In this document: positions 35,878 through 44,570 of the stretch, one piece after another
How positions within the stretch are numbered: the stretch's first letter is position 1
Layout: every line of letters begins with the position of its first letter
Origin: Candidatus Babeliales bacterium
GTDB lineage: Bacteria; Babelota; Babeliae; Babelales; JBFXEV01
DNA: 64,000 bases
Direction of reading: 5' to 3'
Assembly: GCA_050179755.1 (NCBI GenBank)
Contig: JBFXEV010000001.1
Coordinates: 841,994 to 905,993, forward strand
Notes under the pieces: model-generated
Database searches by the model: none
Told to the model about the DNA's origin: nothing
The model's input: the letters and a program-made list of their open reading frames with translations, nothing else
Translations under genes and position numbers: made by a program

Positions 35878-36837
35878 ATGTCCTTACTCAGTAATTTTGT
35901 GAGTCCACCCATTCTTTTTTTCTTTTTGGGTTTGCTTGCCAGTTTTTTGCGGGTTGATTTAAAGATACCTCAACCAATTCCCAAATTTCTATCATTGTAT
36001 CTTTTATTAGTTATTGGGTTTAATGGTGGTGTTGAGTTGCATGAAGCAGGTATTGATGCAACGATTGCGGTTACTTTGCTTGCTGCAATAGGTATGGCAC
36101 TTTTTGTGCCTTGTTACACTTATTTTATTGCACGTACTCGTTTGAATGTCTATGACTCTGCAGCAATGGGTGCAACTTATGGATCAGTAAGTGCTATTAC
36201 CTTTATTACTGCAACGAGTTTTTTAAATTCGCTGGGTATTGCTTTTGGTGGCTATATGGTGGCTTGTCTGGCGCTCATGGAATCACCCGCAATTATTGTG
36301 GGGCTATGGTTTGTGCAAAAATATGCGCCCGATGAAGAGGGCAGGTATCAAGAAACATCAGTGTGGCGTGAGGCACTTTTAAATAGTTCCGTATTTTTGA
36401 TTATGGGTAGTTTAATTATTGGCATGATTACCGGTGTGTCTGGGCAACAAGAACTTGCTCCATTTACCCAAGGTATTTTTAAAGGAATGCTTTGTTTATT
36501 TATGCTTGATATGGGGTTACTTGCCGCAAAGAGAATGGTAGACGTGAGATATAGTGGTCTGTTTTTAGTGGCCTGCGGTCTGGTTATACCACTTATAAAT
36601 GCGCTACTTGGTATTGGTATTTCATATATGTTAAGTTTGAGCACTGGTGACATGTTATTATTTACGGTGCTGTGTGCAGGTGCTTCTTATATTGCAGTTC
36701 CTGCTGCATTACGTTTAGCGGTACCAGAAGCAAACCCAGGATATTATTTACCTATGGCTTTAGGCATTACATTTCCGTTTAATATATTAATTGGATTGCC
36801 GTTATATTTGTATATCATTCAACTTCTAAAAGGATGA
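35878..36837 (+). CDS. sbtA: Sodium-dependent bicarbonate transporter SbtA family permease
   Basis: LSLYLLLVIGFNGG, YGSVSAITF, MESPAII, ASYIAVPAA, LGITFPFN hallmark segments. Confidence 0.93.
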   Translation: MSLLSNFVSPPILFFFLGLLASFLRVDLKIPQPIPKFLSLYLLLVIGFNGGVELHEAGIDATIAVTLLAAIGMALFVPCYTYFIARTRLNVYDSAAMGATYGSVSAITFITATSFLNSLGIAFGGYMVACLALMESPAIIVGLWFVQKYAPDEEGRYQETSVWREALLNSSVFLIMGSLIIGMITGVSGQQELAPFTQGIFKGMLCLFMLDMGLLAAKRMVDVRYSGLFLVACGLVIPLINALLGIGISYMLSLSTGDMLLFTVLCAGASYIAVPAALRLAVPEANPGYYLPMALGITFPFNILIGLPLYLYIIQLLKG

Positions 36838-37139
36838 GTGTGTTAATTCAGCAAAAAAAAGTTGAAATCATTATTGAAGTTATTAAAACACCAAAAATTA
36901 CGCGCATTATTGATGAACTTGGATTGGCAGGTTATTCAGTAATTCACGGCGTAGAAGGCCGTGGTTCAAACGGCACGTGTGACGCACAAGAAGTCACCGA
37001 CGTGCTCACTAACGATTGTGTAATGGTAATTTGCTCAGAAGATGAAGCACGCCAATTGGTGCATGACGTGCAACCGATTTTAAAAAAATTTGGTGGCATC
37101 TGTTTTATAAGTGATGCGCAACTATTACAATTAAGTTAA
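36834..37139 (+). CDS. sbtB: PII-like regulator SbtB
   Basis: KKVEIIIE, GYSVIHGVEGRGSNG, FGGICFISDA; ATGA overlap with sbtA. Confidence 0.88.
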   Translation: MSVLIQQKKVEIIIEVIKTPKITRIIDELGLAGYSVIHGVEGRGSNGTCDAQEVTDVLTNDCVMVICSEDEARQLVHDVQPILKKFGGICFISDAQLLQLS

Positions 37140-37142
37140 TTG

Positions 37143-38141
37143 CTATTCTTCTTCAATATTCGATGATGCATCTATTCCATCTAAACGATCAGTAATCATT
37201 TGATCTTGTTCATCTTGTTGTTCTGTGGTCTGCAGCGCGAGAAACAAAGAAATCCAACAACTTGCACCATTAAGTGCGGTGGTGATCGTTGGAATGTATC
37301 CTTGCCCATTATACATAAAATAATCTTTAACTAAATTAAGGCCAAATAATACACTTAATGCAGTATACATTTGTGTCTTTGCGTCAAGCGACCCATCTTC
37401 TAAAATGAGTCTTATATCAGAAGCTTGTTGTTCTTGCTCAGCAGTGAGCGTTTGCGGCGCATGCCGTTGTGTAGATGAATATCGCGTATAAGTTGGATGC
37501 GATCTATGTTCAGCAGTAAGCAATTCGGTGGTCCCTGCGCGTGGATGATCGAGCTCTCCAAGCAGTTGGATCAGCATATCTTCAAGTTCTTGTGTTCGTT
37601 TTTGAAATTGGTAAGATAAAGCCAATGCGCCCAATGGTAATAAAAAATCTACTGCTAGATTGGTGATGGTAATTGGATCTATATGGAACATTAGATCACG
37701 GTTAGCAGCAGTTAAGAAAGCACTTTTTATAAAGTTACAACTTAGCAGTACGCCAATTGTTTGACTCATTTGTGATATTGTGTGTGCTTTTCCCAGGGAG
37801 CCTATTAAATTGATGCGTTCATCACGGTGTTCTTGTGCAAGCAATAAATCTGCAATGTGAGAACGTGCAGGTACTTGAAATGCGCTATCTTCAGGAGGGG
37901 CGGAAGGCGTTACTAATGAAACCACTGTATGATGATCTTGGAATGGTAGTACTACAGGTTCAGATGCTCCGGTAGCATAGTGAGATAATTCGTTTAATGC
38001 TCCTTGTGTAGGCAAACCAGCTTGGATTACTGGTGGTTGCTGCCACATACAATATGTATATGATGCTGGCACTAGCATAAATATGATTTGTACGAGTACT
38101 AACAAATAATTACTTGTACGAAATCGTCTTATTTCTTTCAT
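37143..38141 (-). CDS. Secreted protein with two hydrophobic hairpins (Inc-like), paralog of 38155..39405
   Basis: Start MKEIRR after AAGGAG (track start 38171); DAKTQMYTALSVLFGLNLVKD matches DAKWKLYAGLAALFGANLTKD of neighbour. Confidence 0.75.
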   Translation of the reverse strand: MKEIRRFRTSNYLLVLVQIIFMLVPASYTYCMWQQPPVIQAGLPTQGALNELSHYATGASEPVVLPFQDHHTVVSLVTPSAPPEDSAFQVPARSHIADLLLAQEHRDERINLIGSLGKAHTISQMSQTIGVLLSCNFIKSAFLTAANRDLMFHIDPITITNLAVDFLLPLGALALSYQFQKRTQELEDMLIQLLGELDHPRAGTTELLTAEHRSHPTYTRYSSTQRHAPQTLTAEQEQQASDIRLILEDGSLDAKTQMYTALSVLFGLNLVKDYFMYNGQGYIPTITTALNGASCWISLFLALQTTEQQDEQDQMITDRLDGIDASSNIEEE

Positions 38142-38154
38142 GTAATTTCTCCTT

Positions 38155-39405
38155 TTATTTCTCATGTGCAATAACTTGGCGGAGTTCGTGTAAGCGTTGT
38201 GTGAGTGATTTGTTAGCTTTAGTGGAAGACCTGCAGGATCTAAAACTCAACCATCCAAATGTAAGAATGCCTGCAGTGTTTGCAAGAATGCTGCAAATTG
38301 AAGTATAGCCAAAGGCATTAGTAGTTTTTTGTTCACTCACGCAATCAACGCCACATACGGTGATGCACGGTGGCTGTATACAATCTGGTGTTCCGCAACA
38401 GCCTGCATGCCAGCATACTTGCTTGCATGGTATTATTGGTAGTGATTGATTGTGTTCAGGTAAGGGTGTGCTTGGATAGAACGTATCTTGCCCCCATAAA
38501 AGTGCGCCTATTAAATCCTTTGTTAAATTTGCTCCAAAAAGTGCTGCAAGACCTGCATATAGTTTCCATTTGGCATCTGCCGAACCAGTTGATTTAATAA
38601 GCGCTATAAGATCATTACGTTGGGTGTTAATGCTATCTTGATCAGCACGTTCCATATCATGTGCAATGTGTTTATCAAGTACATCACGAATAGCGTTATC
38701 AGAATTAGAAGGTATACTTTGAAGTTGAGGTAAACCTTCTGTTGCATCATGGAGCTTTTGTAGTAATGTCTTAAGTTTTTCTTCAGAGTTTTGGCCTTTG
38801 GTGTATGTACATGCGGCATATAAAAGACCCAATACGCAAACAAGACCATTAGCAGATAAGCTTACAAGTGCAGTAGCGCCAAGCGCATTTAATGATTGAT
38901 TATTTGCCGAGCAATCCCACGGCCCATCACAATCTATCGTGCAATCTGGCGATGCAGGAACACAATATGCGCGGCAAATACGATAACAAGGATGCAAATT
39001 CATTAAGTGATTTGGTGGAATTAAATCAGTCATTGGGTATTGTGGTACTGTTCCCCAGAGGTATAAGGCAGCGGTACTTACGCCAGCATTCAGCGCACCA
39101 AAAAGGCTTGCCAATAATGCCAATTTTGTGCGTGCGTTATTGCGGCCTATTGACTGAATAAGCGCCAGATTTTTTTTACCATTTTCTCCCTCAAAAAGTG
39201 GTTCTGCGTCCGGATTCCGTGCTTCTAAAATGCTTACAAGGCGCTGCGCGGGTGGGAAAAGAAGCATTTGTTGATACAGCGGCGCTATCTCTCTTGAGCC
39301 GGTATTTGATTCAGCAAGTTGCACTCTTTTAGTAATTGGGCAGTCCATGCACTGTGCAATCATCATTACGTTCAAGCCAACGCATACATACAAAGCAAAT
39401 TTCAT
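38155..39405 (-). CDS. Secreted protein with two hydrophobic hairpins carrying Cys-rich loops
   Basis: Signal peptide AQC-MDC; internal duplication; loops with 6 and 8 Cys. Confidence 0.8.
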   Translation of the reverse strand: MKFALYVCVGLNVMMIAQCMDCPITKRVQLAESNTGSREIAPLYQQMLLFPPAQRLVSILEARNPDAEPLFEGENGKKNLALIQSIGRNNARTKLALLASLFGALNAGVSTAALYLWGTVPQYPMTDLIPPNHLMNLHPCYRICRAYCVPASPDCTIDCDGPWDCSANNQSLNALGATALVSLSANGLVCVLGLLYAACTYTKGQNSEEKLKTLLQKLHDATEGLPQLQSIPSNSDNAIRDVLDKHIAHDMERADQDSINTQRNDLIALIKSTGSADAKWKLYAGLAALFGANLTKDLIGALLWGQDTFYPSTPLPEHNQSLPIIPCKQVCWHAGCCGTPDCIQPPCITVCGVDCVSEQKTTNAFGYTSICSILANTAGILTFGWLSFRSCRSSTKANKSLTQRLHELRQVIAHEK

Positions 39406-39515
39406 GGTGTCCTTTTTAGTCGCTCTTAAGAGTAGGTTTGATAGTATGAGAATACTTTTTTGTGCAGCATGCTGTCAACAGCTTACTGCTTTTATATTTT
39501 CATAAAGTTATGCCA

Positions 39516-39956
39516 TTATTCAACTTTTGCTTTTCTGCAGCAAGCGCGTAGCAGATGCCAACTTGTTTTGCCAGTGGCATAGAGCAGCATGGCTCCATCA
39601 ACTGCAAGTTCACTGTAATCAAATGAGTGTGGCACACTTTGTGCATACACGGTGGTATACACATCGTAGGCAGTTTTAAGACCTATAAGTAAGGTGGCTG
39701 TAGCCGGAACGGCAGCATTTTTTAAATCCCAGCGGCGATTAAGTCTGACAACCGCTTGTGCGTGGCGTAACTTTTCGGTTCTTATATCATCATCAGCTTT
39801 TTGTATTTTTGCTTGTAACTCAGCAACTTGTCTATCATGTTCTGTGCGATCGATCATTTGCACTGCGCTGCTTGATGAATCGCTGTTCGTGCTATCCATG
39901 CAAAGTGTGGTAGTGCAAGGAACTAAAAGTAATAAAGTGAGGGATAATATTTTCAT
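39516..39956 (-). CDS. Secreted coiled-coil protein with C-terminal hydrophobic hairpin
   Basis: Probable start MKILSL after AAGGA (track start 39980); TLC-MDS; heptads VAELQAKIQKADDDI. Confidence 0.72.
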   Translation of the reverse strand: MKILSLTLLLLVPCTTTLCMDSTNSDSSSSAVQMIDRTEHDRQVAELQAKIQKADDDIRTEKLRHAQAVVRLNRRWDLKNAAVPATATLLIGLKTAYDVYTTVYAQSVPHSFDYSELAVDGAMLLYATGKTSWHLLRACCRKAKVE

Positions 39957-39985
39957 TTTTTGTAGTTTCCTTGTAGCCATATAAA

Positions 39986-40498
39986 TTAATGTTCATCAGT
40001 GTTACTATCGTGCATAATTTGAGTCACGGCATAACTTTCATACGAAATTGTTCCTAAGAAGTTATTATAAAAAGGGATTAAAGACCAATACGACCAATTT
40101 GCTCCTTGTTCGGCCAAAATCTGATCTTTTATTGCGTGCGCCATAAGGCATACAAAATAAAAACTGCCTGCAATTGAGCTCACTGTTATATTTGAACGTC
40201 TATGTTCTTCTTTACGGAATCGCTTATGCCAATTAAGTTCTGCATGAAATTTGCGTGGTAGTACATCAAGTTCTTGTTCTTTTGCCTCAAGTATTTCTTG
40301 TAACCTCTTTAGTTCTAAAGAATTTTCTTGTTTGTTAGCGCTTGCTTGTGGCTGAGGAAACAAATCATGCGATAGTAACCGCAGTTCTTCTTTTAATGAA
40401 TGTGGTTGTCCGCTCTGTGCTGCAGATATTGCAAGTTTATCCATAGTATAAATAGATAGAGGCACACTCAGAAATAAAAGAGCAGGTAATTTTGTCAT
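39986..40498 (-). CDS. Secreted coiled-coil plus hydrophobic hairpin protein, paralog of 40516..41088
   Basis: IYT-MDK; LQEILEAKEQELDVLP vs LRKTLEEKKRSLKNLP; SNITVS vs SNATVS (track start 40516). Confidence 0.72.
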   Translation of the reverse strand: MTKLPALLFLSVPLSIYTMDKLAISAAQSGQPHSLKEELRLLSHDLFPQPQASANKQENSLELKRLQEILEAKEQELDVLPRKFHAELNWHKRFRKEEHRRSNITVSSIAGSFYFVCLMAHAIKDQILAEQGANWSYWSLIPFYNNFLGTISYESYAVTQIMHDSNTDEH

Positions 40499-40515
40499 AG
40501 CGTTCTTTCTACACA

Positions 40516-41088
40516 TTAGGTAACTTCATAGGTATTGCTTCTGCAGAAACATTGTGACATGCTATAACCCATGGATGCTATCCAGCCAATAATATTATAG
40601 GTAACGCCAATTGCAGATTTATTCCAACCACCATTTTCGGCTATTCGCGGATCACCACCAGCTTGTAATATCATACCGATACAAAATGCGCCAGAAGTAA
40701 TACCACTCACCGTTGCATTAGATTTAATATTTTCAAATGTGCGATCAGCTTTAAGTATTCTTAATGTTCCATCAAGATCTTTGGGAAGGTTTTTAAGGCT
40801 TCGCTTTTTTTCTTCTAGTGTTTTACGTAATTTGCCAAGCGTTTCTTCACTTTCATCTTTACTGATAAAAAGTTGCCCATATGGTGTGGGTGCAACAGGC
40901 ATAAGGGCCTGACCATCTTTTTCAAAAAAATCTTGCGCGAGCAAACTTGCTTGTTCACCTGTTTTTAAGTCATGTGAACTTGATGCAACATCAAGTAAAG
41001 GGTACAGTCTTGCATTGTTTTGCTGCATGCTGTGAATAGGCATTGTTATGCTACAACAAATACATATGATGGCAAGTAATTTTTTCAT
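40516..41088 (-). CDS. Secreted coiled-coil plus hydrophobic hairpin protein
   Basis: MKKLLAIICICC signal peptide, IHS-MQQ; AAGGA RBS. Confidence 0.78.
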   Translation of the reverse strand: MKKLLAIICICCSITMPIHSMQQNNARLYPLLDVASSSHDLKTGEQASLLAQDFFEKDGQALMPVAPTPYGQLFISKDESEETLGKLRKTLEEKKRSLKNLPKDLDGTLRILKADRTFENIKSNATVSGITSGAFCIGMILQAGGDPRIAENGGWNKSAIGVTYNIIGWIASMGYSMSQCFCRSNTYEVT

Positions 41089-41211
41089 ACAAAAGTCCTT
41101 GGAAATTGGTGTTGCAGGGTTATATCAATTACTCTTAACATAACATGTGGCATAAAAGCGTCAATATAAAAACGCATGGCACTAACATCGTATTTCTCTA
41201 TAGTTTTTGTT

Positions 41212-41862
41212 TTATCTCATGAGTTCAATGCGTTCATCAGCATATGTGCCAACTAATTCAGCATTGTGACAGACCATTACTACAAATGTGTTACTTGTGT
41301 GCGCAAGTTGTGTGAGCGCTTGCATAACTTCATGTGCATTCTTGGTATCAAGTGCTGCTGTTGGTTCATCAAGTAATAATACGCTAGGTTTCTGTTGCAA
41401 GGCCATCATTATTGCAAGCAACTGCCGCTGACCACCAGAAAGCGTATGCACCGGCGCATCAAGATCAAATGATACTTGTGCTGTAAGTTCTGCACGATTA
41501 ATTTGAGGAAGTGGCGCAAGTTTTGGGAATGCAAACATGCCCGCCAGTTGCAGATTTTCTTTAGCTGTCATGTTAGTAGCAAGCATGGTATCAATATCTT
41601 GATGTACTAAGTGAATGTGCTTGGTGAGTTCTTTTGGTAATCGATTATGCGCCGTAGTATACCGAACGCCATTAAGTATAAAGTTACCCTCAAGTTGTTC
41701 ACCAATTAATTGACCTGCAAGTAGTTTAAGTAACGTGGATTTACCTGCACCATTGTGCCCACATAAGGCAGTTAGCTTACCTTTTTGCAGCGTAATAGTT
41801 AGTTTATTAAAGAAAGGCTTTTGTTGCCCGGTAAACGTAAAGGTGAGATTTTGTAATTTCAT
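41212..41862 (-). CDS. ABC transporter ATP-binding protein (Trp/Tyr importer type, COG1101-like)
   Basis: Walker A GHNGAGKST, LSGGQRQ, LLLDEPTAALD. Confidence 0.93.
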   Translation of the reverse strand: MKLQNLTFTFTGQQKPFFNKLTITLQKGKLTALCGHNGAGKSTLLKLLAGQLIGEQLEGNFILNGVRYTTAHNRLPKELTKHIHLVHQDIDTMLATNMTAKENLQLAGMFAFPKLAPLPQINRAELTAQVSFDLDAPVHTLSGGQRQLLAIMMALQQKPSVLLLDEPTAALDTKNAHEVMQALTQLAHTSNTFVVMVCHNAELVGTYADERIELMR

Positions 41863-41864
41863 GA

Positions 41865-42752
41865 TTATACTCCTAAATGTTCAATGCGCTCGCTCGTGTG
41901 CTTGCGATAATAGAGAATCAGAATTGCAAGAACTATAAGTGCTTGTAACATAGTAAAATATTTAAGATTAAAGCCGATTTTGAGCATTAATTGTTGCAAT
42001 GCAAAATAACTAAAAATACCTATACCAGGTATCAAAAGAGTTATCGGATTTTTGGTATTCATCAATGTTTTTCCTAGAATTAATGCAGTGATGCACAAGA
42101 GCACTTTGCCTATGCCCATGTTCATCTCTGCAAAACCATTTGATTGCGCAATCAAGTAACCAGAAAGTCCTGCAAGAGCATTGGCAAGTATAATACCTGT
42201 CATGAACACAAATCCTGTTGAAATACCGTAGTTTCTAAAGAACTTGGGATTGTTGCCAAATACCGCATATGAAAATCCAAGTTGTGTTTTTAAGACATAT
42301 GCTACAGCAAGAATTACTACAGAACTTATAATAAGCAGCATTATGAATTCTGGCTGTCTTGGAAAAACAGCATAGAGTGTGAGCGGGCTATTATACCCGC
42401 TTAATGATACATAAGGGCTTATAAATAGTTGTACTAATCCATGAAAAATGCCAAACGTGATAATGCTTGAAAGCAAGTGCGGTAACTTGCCATAATGCGT
42501 TATACTACTTGATACGATGCCCACGAAAGCACCACCAAAAAGTGATGCTAGAAGTGCAATAATGAGTGCTAGCAGCAAGGGCATAGTGCAGTTTAATAGC
42601 ATTAAACTACTTGAGCATAATGCGCCACACATGAATGCTGTTTCAATACTTAAATCAGGTACTTTCATGAGCGCGATTGAAATATAGGCGCCTATGATAA
42701 GTGGCATGTGCATTAAAGCTTGTTGCGCAATAATTAAGAGTGTGCTGATCAT
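41865..42752 (-). CDS. ABC transporter permease (Trp/Tyr importer type, COG4120-like)
   Basis: VPDLSIE, LLSSII, GNNPKF, LANALAGLSG, GFAEMNMGIG. Confidence 0.88.
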   Translation of the reverse strand: MISTLLIIAQQALMHMPLIIGAYISIALMKVPDLSIETAFMCGALCSSSLMLLNCTMPLLLALIIALLASLFGGAFVGIVSSSITHYGKLPHLLSSIITFGIFHGLVQLFISPYVSLSGYNSPLTLYAVFPRQPEFIMLLIISSVVILAVAYVLKTQLGFSYAVFGNNPKFFRNYGISTGFVFMTGIILANALAGLSGYLIAQSNGFAEMNMGIGKVLLCITALILGKTLMNTKNPITLLIPGIGIFSYFALQQLMLKIGFNLKYFTMLQALIVLAILILYYRKHTSERIEHLGV

Positions 42753-43747
42753 GATGCAGCCTTAATAATAACATTTGCATCTTGTGCTAGCGCGCCAAGA
42801 TGTTCATCTGTTAACGCAAGCCCCTGTGCACGTTGAGTACTTTTATTAATGAGCATTTTATAGTTGCTTATTGGGGTTATCGCCACATCACGTGCTAACG
42901 TATAATCATCAAGAATAGTAAGCGCTTTGCGCGCACCTTCCTTGCCATGATCATATTCTTGTACGCCAAACGCAAGTGCTGCACCTTTTTCTCCCGAATT
43001 TAAATCAGAAGCATAAAGCGTTACGCCATATTGATTGCACAATTTAATAAGTGCGTCCACTCCTGAAACAAGAGTGTGGTCAGTATAAATAAGTACCGTA
43101 TCAACGTTGCTCAGCATTGGTTCTACTTTCTGTACAATCTCGTTTGTTGCAAACACTTCTGCCGTTGTGAGCACTATCTCTTTTGCACTTGCTGCACGTT
43201 CAAGTTCTTTGCGCACTTTTTCCATACCGCTGCCATGAGTAGGGTCGTATACAAATAAAATGTTCCTTGCCGTTGGCTTTACCTTATGTAGATAATCAAG
43301 CTGTGCATCAAAGTTATCAGTTATATACACGCCGGTAGCTTGATCGCCTTGTGCGCGTGATTCTGCGGTTACGCCAATTATTGCTGGGTTATCAATAGCA
43401 GAAAAAACAAGAGGTAGGTTTTGTTTGTTTTTTTGCAGTAACGTGTGCATAGTGTGTGAGCATAGTGTACCAACGGTAAACACAAGGTCATATTGAAGAT
43501 GTGCTATTTCTTCTGCTTGCGCTTTAAGGAGTGTTTTGTTGCCGCCAGCGTTAAACGTATCAAACGTATACGTTTGCTTGCCATGCGCCATAGTTTCTTT
43601 AAAGCCACGTTCAATTTCATCGATTGCTGGATGTAGTGCAGGCAATAAGATGGCAATACGGACTCCATTATTTTTTGGAACGAAAAAATATATGGTTCCG
43701 GTAGCTAAAATACTTAATGCTGTTAATGCTATAATCAGTTTATTCAT
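42749..43747 (-). CDS. ABC transporter substrate-binding protein (Trp/Tyr type, COG2984-like)
   Basis: HPAIDEIERGFKE, FNAGGN, PLVFSAIDNP, TDHT, GAALAFGV, LINK..A...GL. Confidence 0.88.
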   Translation of the reverse strand: MNKLIIALTALSILATGTIYFFVPKNNGVRIAILLPALHPAIDEIERGFKETMAHGKQTYTFDTFNAGGNKTLLKAQAEEIAHLQYDLVFTVGTLCSHTMHTLLQKNKQNLPLVFSAIDNPAIIGVTAESRAQGDQATGVYITDNFDAQLDYLHKVKPTARNILFVYDPTHGSGMEKVRKELERAASAKEIVLTTAEVFATNEIVQKVEPMLSNVDTVLIYTDHTLVSGVDALIKLCNQYGVTLYASDLNSGEKGAALAFGVQEYDHGKEGARKALTILDDYTLARDVAITPISNYKMLINKSTQRAQGLALTDEHLGALAQDANVIIKAAS

Positions 43748-44234
43748 AGTTTTCCTTTAATTGAGTTTGTCTGCCTTCGCTTTGTTCATAAGCGGCGGCG
43801 AGTGTTGATACTGTTTTAGTTTTATCAAGTGCTAATACCAATTGGCTTACTATCGTGCGCGCTTCATGATGCTGCAGTAATTGTGCAAGAAGCATTTCTT
43901 GCTTTGTTGGTGCGCGTGATGTTATTGGCAGTGCGCCATGCCATTCGCAATATTTATACTGCTCCGGGTTTAGCGTTTTAAATTCCATTAACGGAGTCCA
44001 CCCAGCGCCAATTCTTTTTAAGAATGTAGCGTTTGCTGGCATAAAACGAATTTGACTCGGTGCAATTGTGATAATGCTTGGGCTTTTTTCGTTTGCGTTA
44101 TCATAAAATGATGCATGCTCCTGTGTGGCATTATGTAAGAAAAAACCAAAGCTACTGTTTGATTGTTCTTGCATTGCATGTACAGCAATATACAACGTTG
44201 TGCTCATTGCTAAAAGTAGCATATGCATACGCAT
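43740..44234 (-). CDS. Hypothetical secreted protein overlapping the SBP start
   Basis: Start MRMHMLL after AAGGA (track start 44267); VHA-MQE; 8-nt overlap with SBP gene. Confidence 0.7.
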   Translation of the reverse strand: MRMHMLLLAMSTTLYIAVHAMQEQSNSSFGFFLHNATQEHASFYDNANEKSPSIITIAPSQIRFMPANATFLKRIGAGWTPLMEFKTLNPEQYKYCEWHGALPITSRAPTKQEMLLAQLLQHHEARTIVSQLVLALDKTKTVSTLAAAYEQSEGRQTQLKENYE

Positions 44235-44362
44235 AGATATTTTCCTTGAGAGATAAAATTTGAGCAAAGTATTTTAAGGTATATTAAACCTTAAGCACCA
44301 TGCACAAGGTGATTACATTAAAAATAAAATCAAAAATGGGTAATAAAAGAGAATGTGCTAGT

Positions 44363-44455
44363 TTAGCACCAAGATAAGCCACGCCAAGAAAGGGCAGCAA
44401 AAGAAGAATGAGAAGTTAAAGATTGATTGTTAAGGTTTATGCGCCTGATTTCCAT
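44363..44455 (-). CDS. Putative Trp-sensing leader peptide, 30 aa: MEIRRINLNNQSLTSHSSFAALSWRGLSWC
   Basis: AGGAG 8 nt before ATG; TGG at codons 24 and 29; hairpin over the stop codon; upstream of Trp/Tyr-type ABC operon; absent from the ORF track (<60 aa). Confidence 0.7.
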   Translation of the reverse strand: MEIRRINLNNQSLTSHSSFAALSWRGLSWC

Positions 44456-44493
44456 GGCGGCTACTCCTATAATGTTAAAATATAACTACTAAT

Positions 44494-44522
44494 AGCATAG
44501 CATAGAAATTACTCATTGTAAA
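44494..44522 (-). promoter_or_regulatory. Sigma70-type promoter for leader/ABC operon
   Basis: Minus strand TTTACA-N17-TATGCT with extended TGn. Confidence 0.6.
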
Positions 44523-44570
44523 TAAAAATTGATTGAAGGTTTGAAAGTTTAGGGCTTTATAGATTATGCA

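Noticed and set aside
17740..37139. Carbonate biomineralisation by acidic fibre plus SbtA
   Set aside because: Only adjacency and composition support it; no carbonic anhydrase or Ca transporter in the window.
44280..44470. T-box riboswitch upstream of the ABC operon
   Set aside because: No T-box consensus (AAnnnGGGTGGnACC-like) found; a translated Trp leader fits better.
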